Below, piece by piece: positions 13,570 through 24,933 of a DNA stretch of 64,000 bases; the first letter of the stretch is position 1, and the number at the start of each line of letters is the position of its first letter. The notes below the pieces were generated by a model. It was given only the letters and a program-made list of their open reading frames with translations, searched no databases and was not told the DNA's origin. The DNA is from Phoronis australis (Eukaryota; Animalia; Phoronida): NCBI GenBank assembly GCA_002633005.1, contig NMRA01000821.1:68654-132653 (forward strand), given 5' to 3'. The translations under genes were made by a program, and so were the position numbers.

Positions 13570-14070
13570 ATGGGTCAGATAGAGTGGGCCATGTGGGCCA
13601 ACGAGCAAGCCATAGCCAGTGCATCATTGATGATCCTCGGTGGAGTTGTGGGCGTGGCCGGTCAGTTCAGGAACAGCTGGTTCGGTATATACGCTCTTGT
13701 CGCGGGCGTCTTCATTTTCTTCCTAGAGTACCCGCGCAGTAAGAGGAAAAAGGGGAATACCATTGAGCGCGCCTATCAGAATTTGTTGACACCTGTGATT
13801 GCAGTGTGTGGTCCTGTGACCAGAAATTATTGGGTGCGATTTGTGCTGCATCTGGTGTTGAGCGTGCCCTGTTGCTTTATTCTGCCGACGGTGCTAGGAG
13901 GGATATGTTTGATTATAACCAGTATCATTTACTTTGTCGCAGCTCTGAAAGGAGAGCAGTGGATACCGTTGTTGCCAGACAAGAAGTCAGAGGGCGCCAC
14001 CGTAGATGTGTCTCTACCCCCTGACCAACCTCCGCCTCGCCGCCCGGTCCAAGAGGATACATCTATTTAG
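13570..14070 (+). CDS. CYBA: Cytochrome b-245 light chain (p22phox), NADPH oxidase subunit, 166 aa, single coding exon
   Basis: MGQIEWAMWANEQA N-terminus, LEYPRSKRKKG, TRNYWVRFVLHLVLSVP, GEQWIP and the proline-rich tail PPDQPPPRRP match p22phox. ATG at 13570. A polypyrimidine tract plus AG acceptor ends at 13543. Confidence 0.97.
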   Translation: MGQIEWAMWANEQAIASASLMILGGVVGVAGQFRNSWFGIYALVAGVFIFFLEYPRSKRKKGNTIERAYQNLLTPVIAVCGPVTRNYWVRFVLHLVLSVPCCFILPTVLGGICLIITSIIYFVAALKGEQWIPLLPDKKSEGATVDVSLPPDQPPPRRPVQEDTSI

Positions 14071-15246
14071 TGTCACATAACATCAATACCATGATCTTCT
14101 AGGACTTGGTATTCCCCATACAACAAGGTGAATCAAGTAATGGGAATGCTTGGTGATAGCCGCATGTTGTATATTGTTATGGGGAATTGAAGGATATTAT
14201 TACTTACTTGGGGAATTTGTAAATTTTAATGTACTCCACGCGATGGCCGCCTGGCTAGCTATGTGTCCAAAGGTTTTAATCCATAAAATATTTAACACAA
14301 ATTAAGACACGAGCTTTAGAAAGTATTGTGTTTCTTAAGAACCTATTTTTGTACTCTTGTTAATGCTTGGCGAACTTGTGTAAAATTTTGTATTTGTAGT
14401 TTTTATTTTTTAGAATTTTAAAATTACATTCGGTCATGCATTGCAAAATTTGTTTAACACTATGCAGGTATTGTAATCTATAAAAATATTGCATTAGCTT
14501 ACTGCTAGAATCTCCCAAAGGATCATGGTACCTGTTGCAAAACTAAATTACAAAATCATGTCTTAAGTGTTTATTGCTGTTTTGTCATTTAGGTAAAAAG
14601 TATGTTTTGTTCTGGTCTCTACCCTGACTCATTTGAGACCTGTGCTCACCGACTACTAAAGTCTTGTGTTTTTGTGAAAACTGCACAAAGGCATGTACTA
14701 AGTAAGTGGTGGAATTTCTTTTCTAAAAGTAATTAAAAAGCATCACACCAATTAATTGTCAACAAACTACGCTATTATGGCATGATCATTTTTATGCATT
14801 AGCTCCCTGAGGATAGCATTGTGGTGAGAAATATTTCATGTAGTGATAACAGGGCAACGGACAGTCATTTATTGTAGATCATGAGAAGACTATTATCATG
14901 TTTATTGTCACTATTGTTTATGGCAATGTTTGCCTTGTGCATTTTTACACAGGAAGTCTGAGCTTATTGGATACTATATAAGTTTACTTGTAGTATGCTA
15001 ACAAAAGTCATTGTTTCCTAATGAAATTGCATCATAGTTTTTGAATTTAGTATACTGAATATGTACTGAATATATATGGAAGTAACTCAGTCAGGATTTA
15101 TGTTGTTGAAACGTGATACACTTCAAGTAGAATTTCCCGTTTGATAAAGCATCTACAATATCACCGATCATTTTCTCTGTAATTTACGGTGTCATCAAAG
15201 TAAAATACTTTGACAGTGAAACGTACAAATTTTGGTGCATGACAAG

Positions 15247-15408
15247 CAGTGGCGGATTTAGAGGGGGGCCAAGAAGGCCATGCCCCCCCCCCCCTAAAAT
15301 TATCCCAGATTCCATTTGGCAATTCGGGGGTGCGAAAGTCTGACGGGCAAAATCTTGGCTAATACTCTGCCCTGGCCCCCCTAACTCAAAATCTTGGATC
15401 CGCCCCTG
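15247..15408. mobile_element. 162-bp MITE with CAGTGGCGGAT/ATCCGCCCCTG termini and a 5-bp TSD (ACAAG)
   Basis: Imperfect terminal inverted repeats; ACAAG at 15242-15246 and 15409-15413. Confidence 0.8.
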
Positions 15409-17739
15409 ACAAGGCACCCATTTAGACGCATTTGGCAAGACTGTTAATTGCATTTCCACTTCATTATTGTGTCTGATAATATGATCAAAGTGGCCTATCC
15501 TGACTTGAACTCTCTGATGTGTGGAGGTAGAAAAGTGCATTGCATGACTGTCTACAAGGCTCTTCTGAAGTGATTAGCATTTTAGATTTTCCTGAAAAAA
15601 TTGAAAAGTTACATAAATGGAAAGGAAATGATTATTTATAAAACTGTAACAGCTTTCTTGAGATTTCATCTTGTTGAGCATACATTCATGTATCAAATGA
15701 AATTTGGTCATTTTATTGATTCTGTTGTTTCGCTATGGAGGTATCTTCCTTTTTGCTAATTTTATTATAAAAGCATGGTCACATGACCCAATCAGAATGG
15801 GAAATTGGTATAAAGTAAAAAAATCAAATTTTGGAGGCTTTCTAGTTTCAGAATTTATTTGTACTCACTTAAAATGTGTAGTTTTGTAGATATTTGGCAA
15901 AATACACAGACTAGTCCATAAGGTCATGTATAACCTTAAGGTAGACTTTTATTTATACAAGTTTGCTCAGTTTCTAGGCATTGATAAAATACTCAACTGT
16001 TGCCGTAAGGGGGCAGCACTATCCAGTCAATGCGATTCTTGTATGTTCGTGTGTTGAGCTGTGCACCTTACATAAGGTGGCGCTAACATCATGATGCATG
16101 CGTTTCTATGTATGACTTTGGAAGCAATAGCATGACACTTAATATAATAAACGTACGGTTAGTCAGTTTATTTTGTCCAAGTAATCGCAAACAGGTGGAG
16201 CGGGCAGCCGTCACAAGGTTTATCAACTCAAAGGCTCTACTGCTAAAGTGGATTCCGCACGCGCATCGATCCGCAGTGTTCCTTTATTATTCTCAATTTC
16301 TATGGTCCGTGAGTAAGTTGAGAACAAATTTAAAAAATAAAAATTCAAGAGTGCATCAAAATAAGGAGTGAGCCCAAGCCGAAGGAGACTCGCACGAAAG
16401 GTCTGGAGTCTCAACACAGTCAGTGCTCGTTGGCATAAGAACGCTGCGTGAACGGTACAAACCCCTGTGCAAATGGCGCGCGGCGCATACGCAATTGTTA
16501 CGGAGACGTTGCATCTTTTGTGTTATGTTGTGTAAGTGCCCATTCGCCTGCAAAATTCTTTGCTCTTTACTATAAGAGAGATAAAAAATGTAGTAGGCTA
16601 AATGTACGTAACCATTGCACGCTTCACTTTATACTTAAAAATTCCCTGTTGCTATCTGGTATACATCTCAGATGCACGAATCACCTTAAGGATGCTAATT
16701 TGATCTTGTGTTTCGCTTGCAATACCTGTCAATATCTCGTGAAGTCGTTAATTGGTGTTCTTGCGTGTTCGTAACTTTCTTGCATTTGAGCCCTGCCCTG
16801 GACGCAAGGTATAATAGGCCTAGTTCAAAATTACGTCGTGCTTTCATTTAAAATACAAGATTACATATTAATATCCCGAAGTTTGCTTCAGTTTTAGCGA
16901 GGTCCTAACGTTACTGTACTGTATGCCGATACCTAAAGACCTAAGAAAGATTGAACTTGCGGCCACCCAATTTTGCTTGCATGATTCAACTTTAGAGTGT
17001 TGGGATCACCCACTGTTCTGTGTACTTGTGGCCTTGTCAGTTAATTCGCGCCTTGTACCGTCAGAGGTACAACACCCGTGTACAGCATGAATCCGTGCGA
17101 GGACACCAGGACCCTGTGACACTCTGTCTGCGGCCCGGAGTTCCATATTGGGCTTCTACAGGACCTTGTCTTCTTGTCCATCCAGCCTCAGTTGCCTTGA
17201 GGCAAAAAAGAAATTTTATCTGAAACCGCAGGCTATGCCTTTTATATTACTTAGCCTTAAGACAGTTTCAGGAGCATTTCATTTGTAAGTCGTCAGTTTC
17301 ATTGTTCGATTCGAAAGAGTTGACTGATACATTGGTAATTATTACTGTTCTAACTATTTTTATACACCCCAGGTGATGGGAAACCTACAGTGGGGCTAAA
17401 TAATTTTTGGAAGCCAAGCAATCAGCGCCCCGGGAGACAATTGCCCCGCCCTGGCCTGTATACTCGGCAATGCCGTAATACACGGACGGGCATATCAACA
17501 CTGTAGCTCGCCCTTAAATATATCTTGATGCGAATAGCACTAATTTTAGGTTTCAACCGCGCACTTTTATTCTCAGATATGCATTCCTGGTATATTTTTG
17601 GAAAAATTCTAAGATACGCAAACAGGGCATAATTTCGGCGGAAATCTACAGTGGATCTTTAACCATGCGTGCACCCCCATCAGAGAAACAAAGACTCCGA
17701 AAAAGGTGGAAAACGAGACAAAACTGAGTTCACTAAAAG

Positions 17740-17880
17740 GCAATAATTACCAAAATTCGGCAAATGCACAATTCATAGCTCTGAACGCACCCAGTGAATA
17801 TTAGTAAAAGGCCAACATTCTCAAAAATTCGAGCCCCCCCGTTTTTTACGCGGGGTTCACGTATGCAAACCATGAAAAAT
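17740..17880. repeat. Dispersed repeat shared with ~27643-27775 (FOXRED1 intron)
   Basis: accaaaattcgg..aatgcacaattcatagctctgaacg...gtgaat.ttagtaaaagg is present at both sites. Confidence 0.8.
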
Positions 17881-18299
17881 TCATTCGGAACAGTTTTGTT
17901 CAATTTTAAATGCTAAAAAAAAACATTTCGTTCATGCAACTGAGTCGGATACGTTCATGTTGAAACTGAGGTTTCAGTTAATATGGAGTTAACTTGCGTT
18001 TTGTTTTGTAACTAGCAGAAAATGCACGGATCCTTTTAACAAAAAATGTACTCTGTTCTAGTCATTGTTTATCACTATATCTCAGTCTCAGTTCATCGCA
18101 CTTGTTCCCACATCCATAACGGGTTTATCACAACATTCGTTTAATTGAGAAAGCGCATTTTTAACCAAACGTACTGTGACGAAAAAACGAGTTAATTTTT
18201 TTCTCAAAAAATCGATCCTCTATTCGTACCGACTTCTAAAGAAATTCGAAGTCATTTAACTGACCATCCCGGTCGGCAACAGCGACGGGCCCGGCCGCA

Positions 18300-18460
18300 C
18301 TTTGGAAATCCGCCAACTGATTGGACACCACAAAATGATATGTCTCTCAATATTCGACCAACAATGAATTTGTTAATTAATTTTTTGAGTTCCAGAAATA
18401 TTGCGAAGCTATTTACTTGCCACCAGATGTCGATAGTGTACACCATACTTCCGGTTGAAC
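18300..18460 (+). promoter_or_regulatory. Probable TMCO1 proximal promoter/5'UTR with an inverted CCAAT box and an ETS motif
   Basis: ctgattgg at ~18318-18325 and acttccggt at 18447-18455, just upstream of the TMCO1 ATG and downstream of a CpG-rich patch (~18270-18300). Confidence 0.4.
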
Positions 18461-18474
18461 TTAAGGAGTTCAAA

Positions 18475-21400
18475 ATGCTTTCAGACACTATTTTAATCGT
18501 GATTATTTCCATTTGTACGGCTTTGCTTGGGGAAGGTTAGTATCACGAGTGTAAGAAAGTTATTTTCTGGTTAATCTCAGTATTTTGGAAAAGATTTGCG
18601 ACTGGATCGAACCCTGTGTGACCGTCGAAGTCAGGCATCAGTCCACAACACAAGACAAGTCGGTAACACAACGTCACAAGTCAGTAGACTAAGACAGTAG
18701 CCTTGAACTTGGCGCAAAGCTCTTTACTAAAATATGCAGCTGTATTTTGACGATAAAGTTAGCTGTCTGGCTACTGATGAGGTAGCCAGCCAGCTTCCTG
18801 TATGTTTTGAATCATTTATTGGTGTTTGATTAGTTGGTGGATTCCAGTTGTAACCAGGTACTCAAGCTATTAGTTACTATTAGTAATAGACAGCGACTGG
18901 CACCACCAGTAGGACAGTGGAGCTCCTATAAGCGCTTCATACACAGGAAGATTTTCGGAAAATTATACCTTGCACTGACTAAAACATCAAAGTCACGTTG
19001 TTACTTATAGGTACTCCCGTTATCAAAGTTTTTCTTCGAACAGTCTCTCATTCAGTTCCCAAAATCGGTAACTCGCCATTTTCACACCGCGCTCGCCAGG
19101 GAATATGTGTGAAAAATGGTGAGTTACCGATTTTGGGAACTGAACGAGGGACTGCTCGAAGAAAAAAGTTTGATAACGGGAGTATTTGTTTGAGTTGAAA
19201 GGAATTAAATTCATCAACGGTATTTATGACAACATGACTTTGATGTTTTAGTTAGTGTGAGGCATAATTCGCCGAAAAAGCTTCGAGCGTATGTCTGTGT
19301 TGGTTGTACCAGTAGAGATGATGGTAATTGTCTACTCTAGTAACAGCCAGGTATTCTGCTTTTACCATTATAGTAATCTGAAATATTATTTTAAAACTTA
19401 TGACCACATCTTGCTCGAATGTGTAGAACTCGGTTGTTTTTCCGTATTTTTCAGGTTTAACATGGCTCCTCGTCTACAGAACAGAAACTTACAAAAAACT
19501 TAAAGCTGAAGTCGAAAAACAGAGTAAAAAATGTAATGTATTAAAATAAATGTTAATGTATGCATGATTTACAATCTCAATTGCTCAGTTGGTATCTTTG
19601 AACTATCAAATATGAGCGGTAGCATTGCGATGCATCCTTAAAGTAATCAGCTAATGACACGTTCTGGGGGTTCATTCCGGACACTCGGATGATAACTTCT
19701 ACACGCACTTAGACATCGTGATGGGGGAATTCTGGGTAATTTTGATTAAGTATTTTTGTTGTGTACTGTGTATTCGTGGGAGTTATTTTCAGGTTGTCTT
19801 TCACTCATGTGGTCCTCAGAAATTGTTCCGACTGCAGAGTTAAGTTTCACTTGAATTCATGTTTTGTGTTTTCAGTGGAGAAGAAAAAGGAGAGTGTGTT
19901 AGATTCTGCTGATAGAAGTTCAAAAAAGAAATTAGGTAGGGAATCTGTACAGGCTGCCTAAACAGCAGATTTGTTTACTGCGATGTTGTTATGCGTGTGT
20001 GAAAATTTTCATTATACGAGGGAGTCACAATGCCATCTGGTGGAGATCTGTGCTCTTAGGGCGAATGTTCTCTTGTTATTCATGTAAGGTTTAAAGAAGC
20101 GTAGCGTATATCAATGTTTTGAAGTTCGTAATGTGTTCCATTTATTTTCACACACTCGTATTTCTCACTGCAGTGGTTGCCAATTTATCTTCAACTGAAC
20201 AGCCTCATCAGTTAGCTCGTTATAGTAATCCTCTCCCCATTTTTTTTGCACAAAAACAATTGCCAAATTATTAATTTTTCGAAAGCTGATTACCTAGCTG
20301 CAAATAAAGGAAACTTTGCCAAGGTGAAGGTCGTTTCACGGCGTCTGCTCACCACCAACCACGCTGTCAAAATGTCATCTATCTTTTCGTTGGTGGAGGA
20401 ATTTGACGAAACAAAATCTCATTTGTCAGCCATGTAGTTTGCTAAATAAGGAAGAATTACTGTAGATAACATTTTTTACAACTTTATTGCATGTCTTGTT
20501 CCAGAGCGTCAAGAGGAGAGGTTAAAAACCAACAACCGTGACCTATCTATGGTGAAGATGAAGTCCATGTTTGCCATTGGATTCGCCTTTACAGCTTTAC
20601 TCAGCATGTTTAATTCTATGTAAGTGATGTACATAATTCACTTAGGACTACCAAATTATGTGGCATTGCAATTTACCATCTTGAAATTCTGGGAAGTGCA
20701 TGTAGTCAGAGTAAAAAATATAATCCGTGGGTGGTTGTTAAGCTGAGTATGGGAGCTAAATGCGTATCAAAGTGAAAATCTACAGTCACCATGATTATGC
20801 GTTTTGATCCTTGCGCAATTCAAGCTCCATAGAGATCACTGTTCTGTTTAGTATACAATACATCCAATCATCCTCGTTCCATGTTATTCATAAAGGGCTT
20901 CATGATGTTTTTGGTCTGTTGAAGCTATTCCAGATATTCGTGTCTGCCCTGACATCTGTTGTCAGCAGTGTAATTAATTTACACCATTACTGCCTCTCTG
21001 GTGCTGATGTTGTTTATGTCTTCTCTTTCCAGATTCGATGGTCGTGTTGTAGCTAAACTGCCATTTGTCCCCTTCTCATGGTTCCAGGGAATCTCTCATC
21101 GTAACCTGGCTGGTGAAGACTACACTGACTGTTCATTCATCTTTCTCTACATCCTCTGTACAATGTCCATCAGACAGGTAAGTCCTCGAGGCACTAGGTA
21201 CCGCAATACATGGAAACTTGTAGCTGTGGATTTATTCACAAATGCTTGACACGTTACACTAAATCTAGCTATCTTGTTGACTGTATACTAGTAGGGCACT
21301 AAACCCAGTAGTCCAGTAGCCAGTTATGAATACCTAAGGATGTATGAATTTTGAATGATATTTGGTTAACTGACATTAGATTGTGAAACACAGTGAAAAA

Positions 21401-21907
21401 TACCAGTTGAATAAGAATTTGCAATGATGACAGTCATACAGCCTAGAGACAAAAAAATTGATTTTAAACCTGAAATGTAGCAGGGTAACTTGATCAGCAA
21501 TCTCATGCAATGAAATTGCCACAAGACTGCAAAATGTGCTTTTTAAGTAACATTTTGGACACTGGCATTGGCAGAAAGTGAAAAAATGCATGACTTGAAA
21601 ACAGGACTACTATTATAGTGTTCAAGTGTTGCAGCCAGGAACAAATAATTGGTTGGCATGAGGAAGAGCTTCGTTGATTTTGATACCTGATAAAAATTGT
21701 ACTGTTGTTTGATGTCGCAAAAATGCACTAAAACTTGTACACTGGCAAAAGTGTATTTTGTCAGACAAAAGCATATCGACGTTTGGTGACTATTTCAGAT
21801 ATATCTCATTTCAGAATATCCAAAAGATGTTGGGATTTGCACCCTCAAGGGCTGCTAACAAACAAGGAGGTGGCTTCTTCAACCCTCCATCCACCATGGG
21901 CAAATAG
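18475..21907 (+). CDS. TMCO1: TMCO1 (ER membrane protein; calcium load-activated channel / GEL complex subunit), 183 aa
   Basis: Exons 18475-18535, 19455-19532, 19876-19935, 20505-20619, 21033-21177 and 21815-21907 (552 nt, GT-AG, phases consistent). Translation: MLSDTILIVIISICTALLGEGLTWLLVYRTETYKKLKAEVEKQSKKLEKKKE...NNRDLSMVKMKSMFAIGF...FDGRVVAKLPFVP...DCSFIFLYILCTMSIRQNIQKMLGFAPSRAA. AATAAA near 22379-22391. Confidence 0.97.
18952..19279. mobile_element. Nested foldback in TMCO1 intron 1: inner TA-flanked palindromic MITE (19012-19184) inside outer inverted arms
   Basis: Inner arms TACTCCCGTTATCAAA...TTTGATAACGGGAGTA with ~75 bp of complementarity. Outer arms ctaaaacatcaaagtcacgttgt (~18979) / acaacatgactttgatgtttttag (~19229). 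Confidence 0.85.
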
Positions 21908-22726
21908 ATGGACGATTCTTAGCGTCATCTCTTACATTAAAAGATACTGCTTTTACATTTTTATTGATATCAACTTGGTTTATGAAATGTTTAAGACTAC
22001 GCAAGTAATGGGCTCAAACCCTCACTTCCTCAAAAGTTTCGAAGCAAGTTTGATTCAAGTCCGCTAAGTTGTCAAGTGTGTCTAACACTTTGATCAACTT
22101 AATGCGGAAGAGGACTGCTCATGTTGAACCACAATATTCCACTTTGTTTAAGATGCCGTGTCTCATTAAAACTGTGAATATTTATATTTGTAACAAACAC
22201 CGCCTAGTGACTTCTCGGAGAACTATGTGTGCAAGTAGGTGTACATGTATAATCATGTAAGAATTTGACATTGCGGTTTTAAAGAAAACACCGTGACAAC
22301 TGATACTCTTCAAAACAAGTGAGAACATATGAAAACCCCTATTAATTCCAAATACTACATAATTCTTATTTGATAGTCAAATAAATAATAAATCTGTGAT
22401 TTGATTTTTTTGGGTAACGATGGAACATTACCATACTCATTTATATAAAAATAGTCTTGAAAAACAAGACTTCGAGATTGTAATCCTAACTAGTTCTCGG
22501 ATGGCTTCGGGCACACTTGAGGACCCAGGGTTGTTTGTAAATTGGTACTTCATTTCATTTGCATATTCACAATTTAACGAGACTATACATCTTTTAGCCT
22601 TTGAGAAATGTTATGGCTTTTACCCGTCACATGTGACAGGTCTTGGGTAAAATCAGTTGAACAAAGTTGTGTCTTTGTAACTTCTCAGGACTGAAATGGA
22701 TGATTGTGAGAAGCTATTCAGCTGTG

Positions 22727-22792
22727 TGTCAGTGCGTCTTGGGCTTAAGTATCAGTGCGTTTTGGGCTTAAGTGTCAGTACGTCTTGGGCGT
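22727..22792. repeat. 21-bp tandem repeat x3 (GTGTCAGTGCGTCTTGGGCTTAA-like)
   Basis: Three adjacent near-identical units. Confidence 0.8.
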
Positions 22793-24642
22793 ATGTTACG
22801 TAACCATAACATAAGACGATTATTTAGAAACGTTGCTTAATGAATTGGATGCATCTGTTAAATTTTGTCAACAGGGGGAGTTCATGCAGTTGTTTGTCAT
22901 AACCAAGCCACGATATCAAATGCAATGTAAATAAATTCATCAATTGAAAGAGTTCACTTTGTTTTTTTTTCAAGAATTTAAGTACGGCAGTTTGACTGGG
23001 CATTGACGTAATATTACCAGTAAAACAAATGAGTAATTTTTGTAAACTGTTTATTAAAAGTGGCGTATAATGAGTAGTTTAATCTTAAAAATATAACTTT
23101 ATAATGATCAAAAAGATAACTAAATAATTACGTTAATTGTTTAATTCTATTTTGAAATTGAAACACCTGAAATAATTAACAAGTCTTGTTCACTCAAATC
23201 TCCAGCACAGATTTCCTAACATATCCATCTCCACAATGTATGAACATTCAATGTCATGGAGGCAACACGCAGTCCTTATTATAAAAGTTAGCCACATGTT
23301 AATGATATCCTACCCCTTTTCCTGAATATTTCATAATGTACAGTTACTGTAAAACTTGAATAATTCCTATCCAACTGGAGAGAGAGGTGAATTCGAACAA
23401 CTGTTCTGTGGAACTGGCATAGTTCAAATTGAGCAAAAACCAGACTTCTGTAAATTTTCGTTGATTGTGAATAACTTGCAATCCGACCATGATAAACAAC
23501 TCTAGCTTAAAGCTCTCGATTTTTTACAAAATCGAAACTAATACCACATATAAGGTAATATCAGTACATTCCAATAGAATTGAGTAAACCTTAACAATTA
23601 GTTGCCTTCACATTCATAACATATCTAGAGTATTTTTCAGGCTGCATTCTTCAGTGATAAGAGCAACGGTGAACGCAATAACACAAAGAAGTTTTAAAAA
23701 ATGTCAGTAAAATTTCAGTGCATAAGTCTGGCTGATTTTCAAATGATTTAATTAGCTGCTTTTGTCTGGTTTCACCCAACCATTCTTTTTCGGCATAATT
23801 TGAAAACTATTGCACCGCAACACTTGTGCTCAACACTTACACGTTGTAATTCAATAAGTCACCAGAGATGTGACTAAATGATTTACGTGAACACAGAAAT
23901 AAGTGGAGACAGGGTGACGGAAAATTCTACCTTTGACACTGAGAACTGCACGCGACTAGTAATGGTTGTAATAGTATTGTGGTTTGTACTGGAACTGTAC
24001 TTGCCTTGTATGGCACAATTGGTTAGAATGGTTTAGTATTCCTGTCAATACTGCTTTTGTCTCATTTTGATAATTAGGTAGTTGTGAATGCACTCCATCA
24101 GGGTTAATTGCTTCAGGTTTTAGCAATGCATTCGAAGCGCGCAATTAAGTAGTGTTCGAGTAAAGACGTCTTCCTGACTTCTCTCTCCAAACGACACTAT
24201 AATGATGTTATTTTGATGAACAAAAAAGTGTTGGTGCGCAGATTTTGCATGAACTTCTGCCATTGATGTGTCAATTAACAATTTCTTTTCCATTCTTCAT
24301 TTTTGTGTAACGCCGCTTTTTAAAAAATCTGTTGTGCACTCAGCTCAGGAGTGGTTGAAACTGCTGCTGCTGCTGCTGCTTGTCACTTGAATGGTTTCAA
24401 CTGGATACACATCAAGTTTCAGTCAAATTAATTGAAACGCCGACAGAATTGACGACCTTCTACTGATAATCAATGAGGACACCTGCGCCTCATAGAAATA
24501 CAACTGTGTAGCACAATCTTGGCAACTACATTAGGTTAAAAGGATACCAAACCCACTTTTGGTCTATTAACAGATACTATGAGTCGTGATTGGCGTCCGA
24601 CCGTTTTGGTAGAGACAATATTGCAGCTCTCGGTGCTAGAAA

Positions 24643-24930
24643 TGGGAAGGTGGGTGGTGGGACTGTGAGAGGGAGGGTGGGAGAGGAAGGAGGGTGGACA
24701 GTGGGACGGGGAGAGGTGTGAGTAAAGGTGAGAGAGGATGGGAGAGAGGGAGAAAGGGTGGTAGAGAGGGTGGCGGGAAGGGGTGGTTGTAGGGAGGGGG
24801 GGAGGGTGAGATGGGAGGGAGGGTGGAAAAGATGATGAGAAAGGGAGAGGGAGGGAGAGGGAGAGAGATAGAGCGAAGAAAGTCAGGGAGAGAGGGGAAA
24901 ACGGGGATGGGAATGGGAAGAAGGGAGAGA
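24643..24930. repeat. ~290-bp G/A-rich low-complexity tract at the start of the FOXRED1 3'UTR
   Basis: Predominantly purines with many GGG runs on the + strand; ends 3 nt from the FOXRED1 stop codon. Confidence 0.9.
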
Positions 24931-24933
24931 TAA

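Noticed and set aside
16990-17230. GC-richer segment with a minus-strand acceptor, a possible exon divergent from TMCO1
   Set aside because: No convincing ORF or partner exon; could be transposon-derived.
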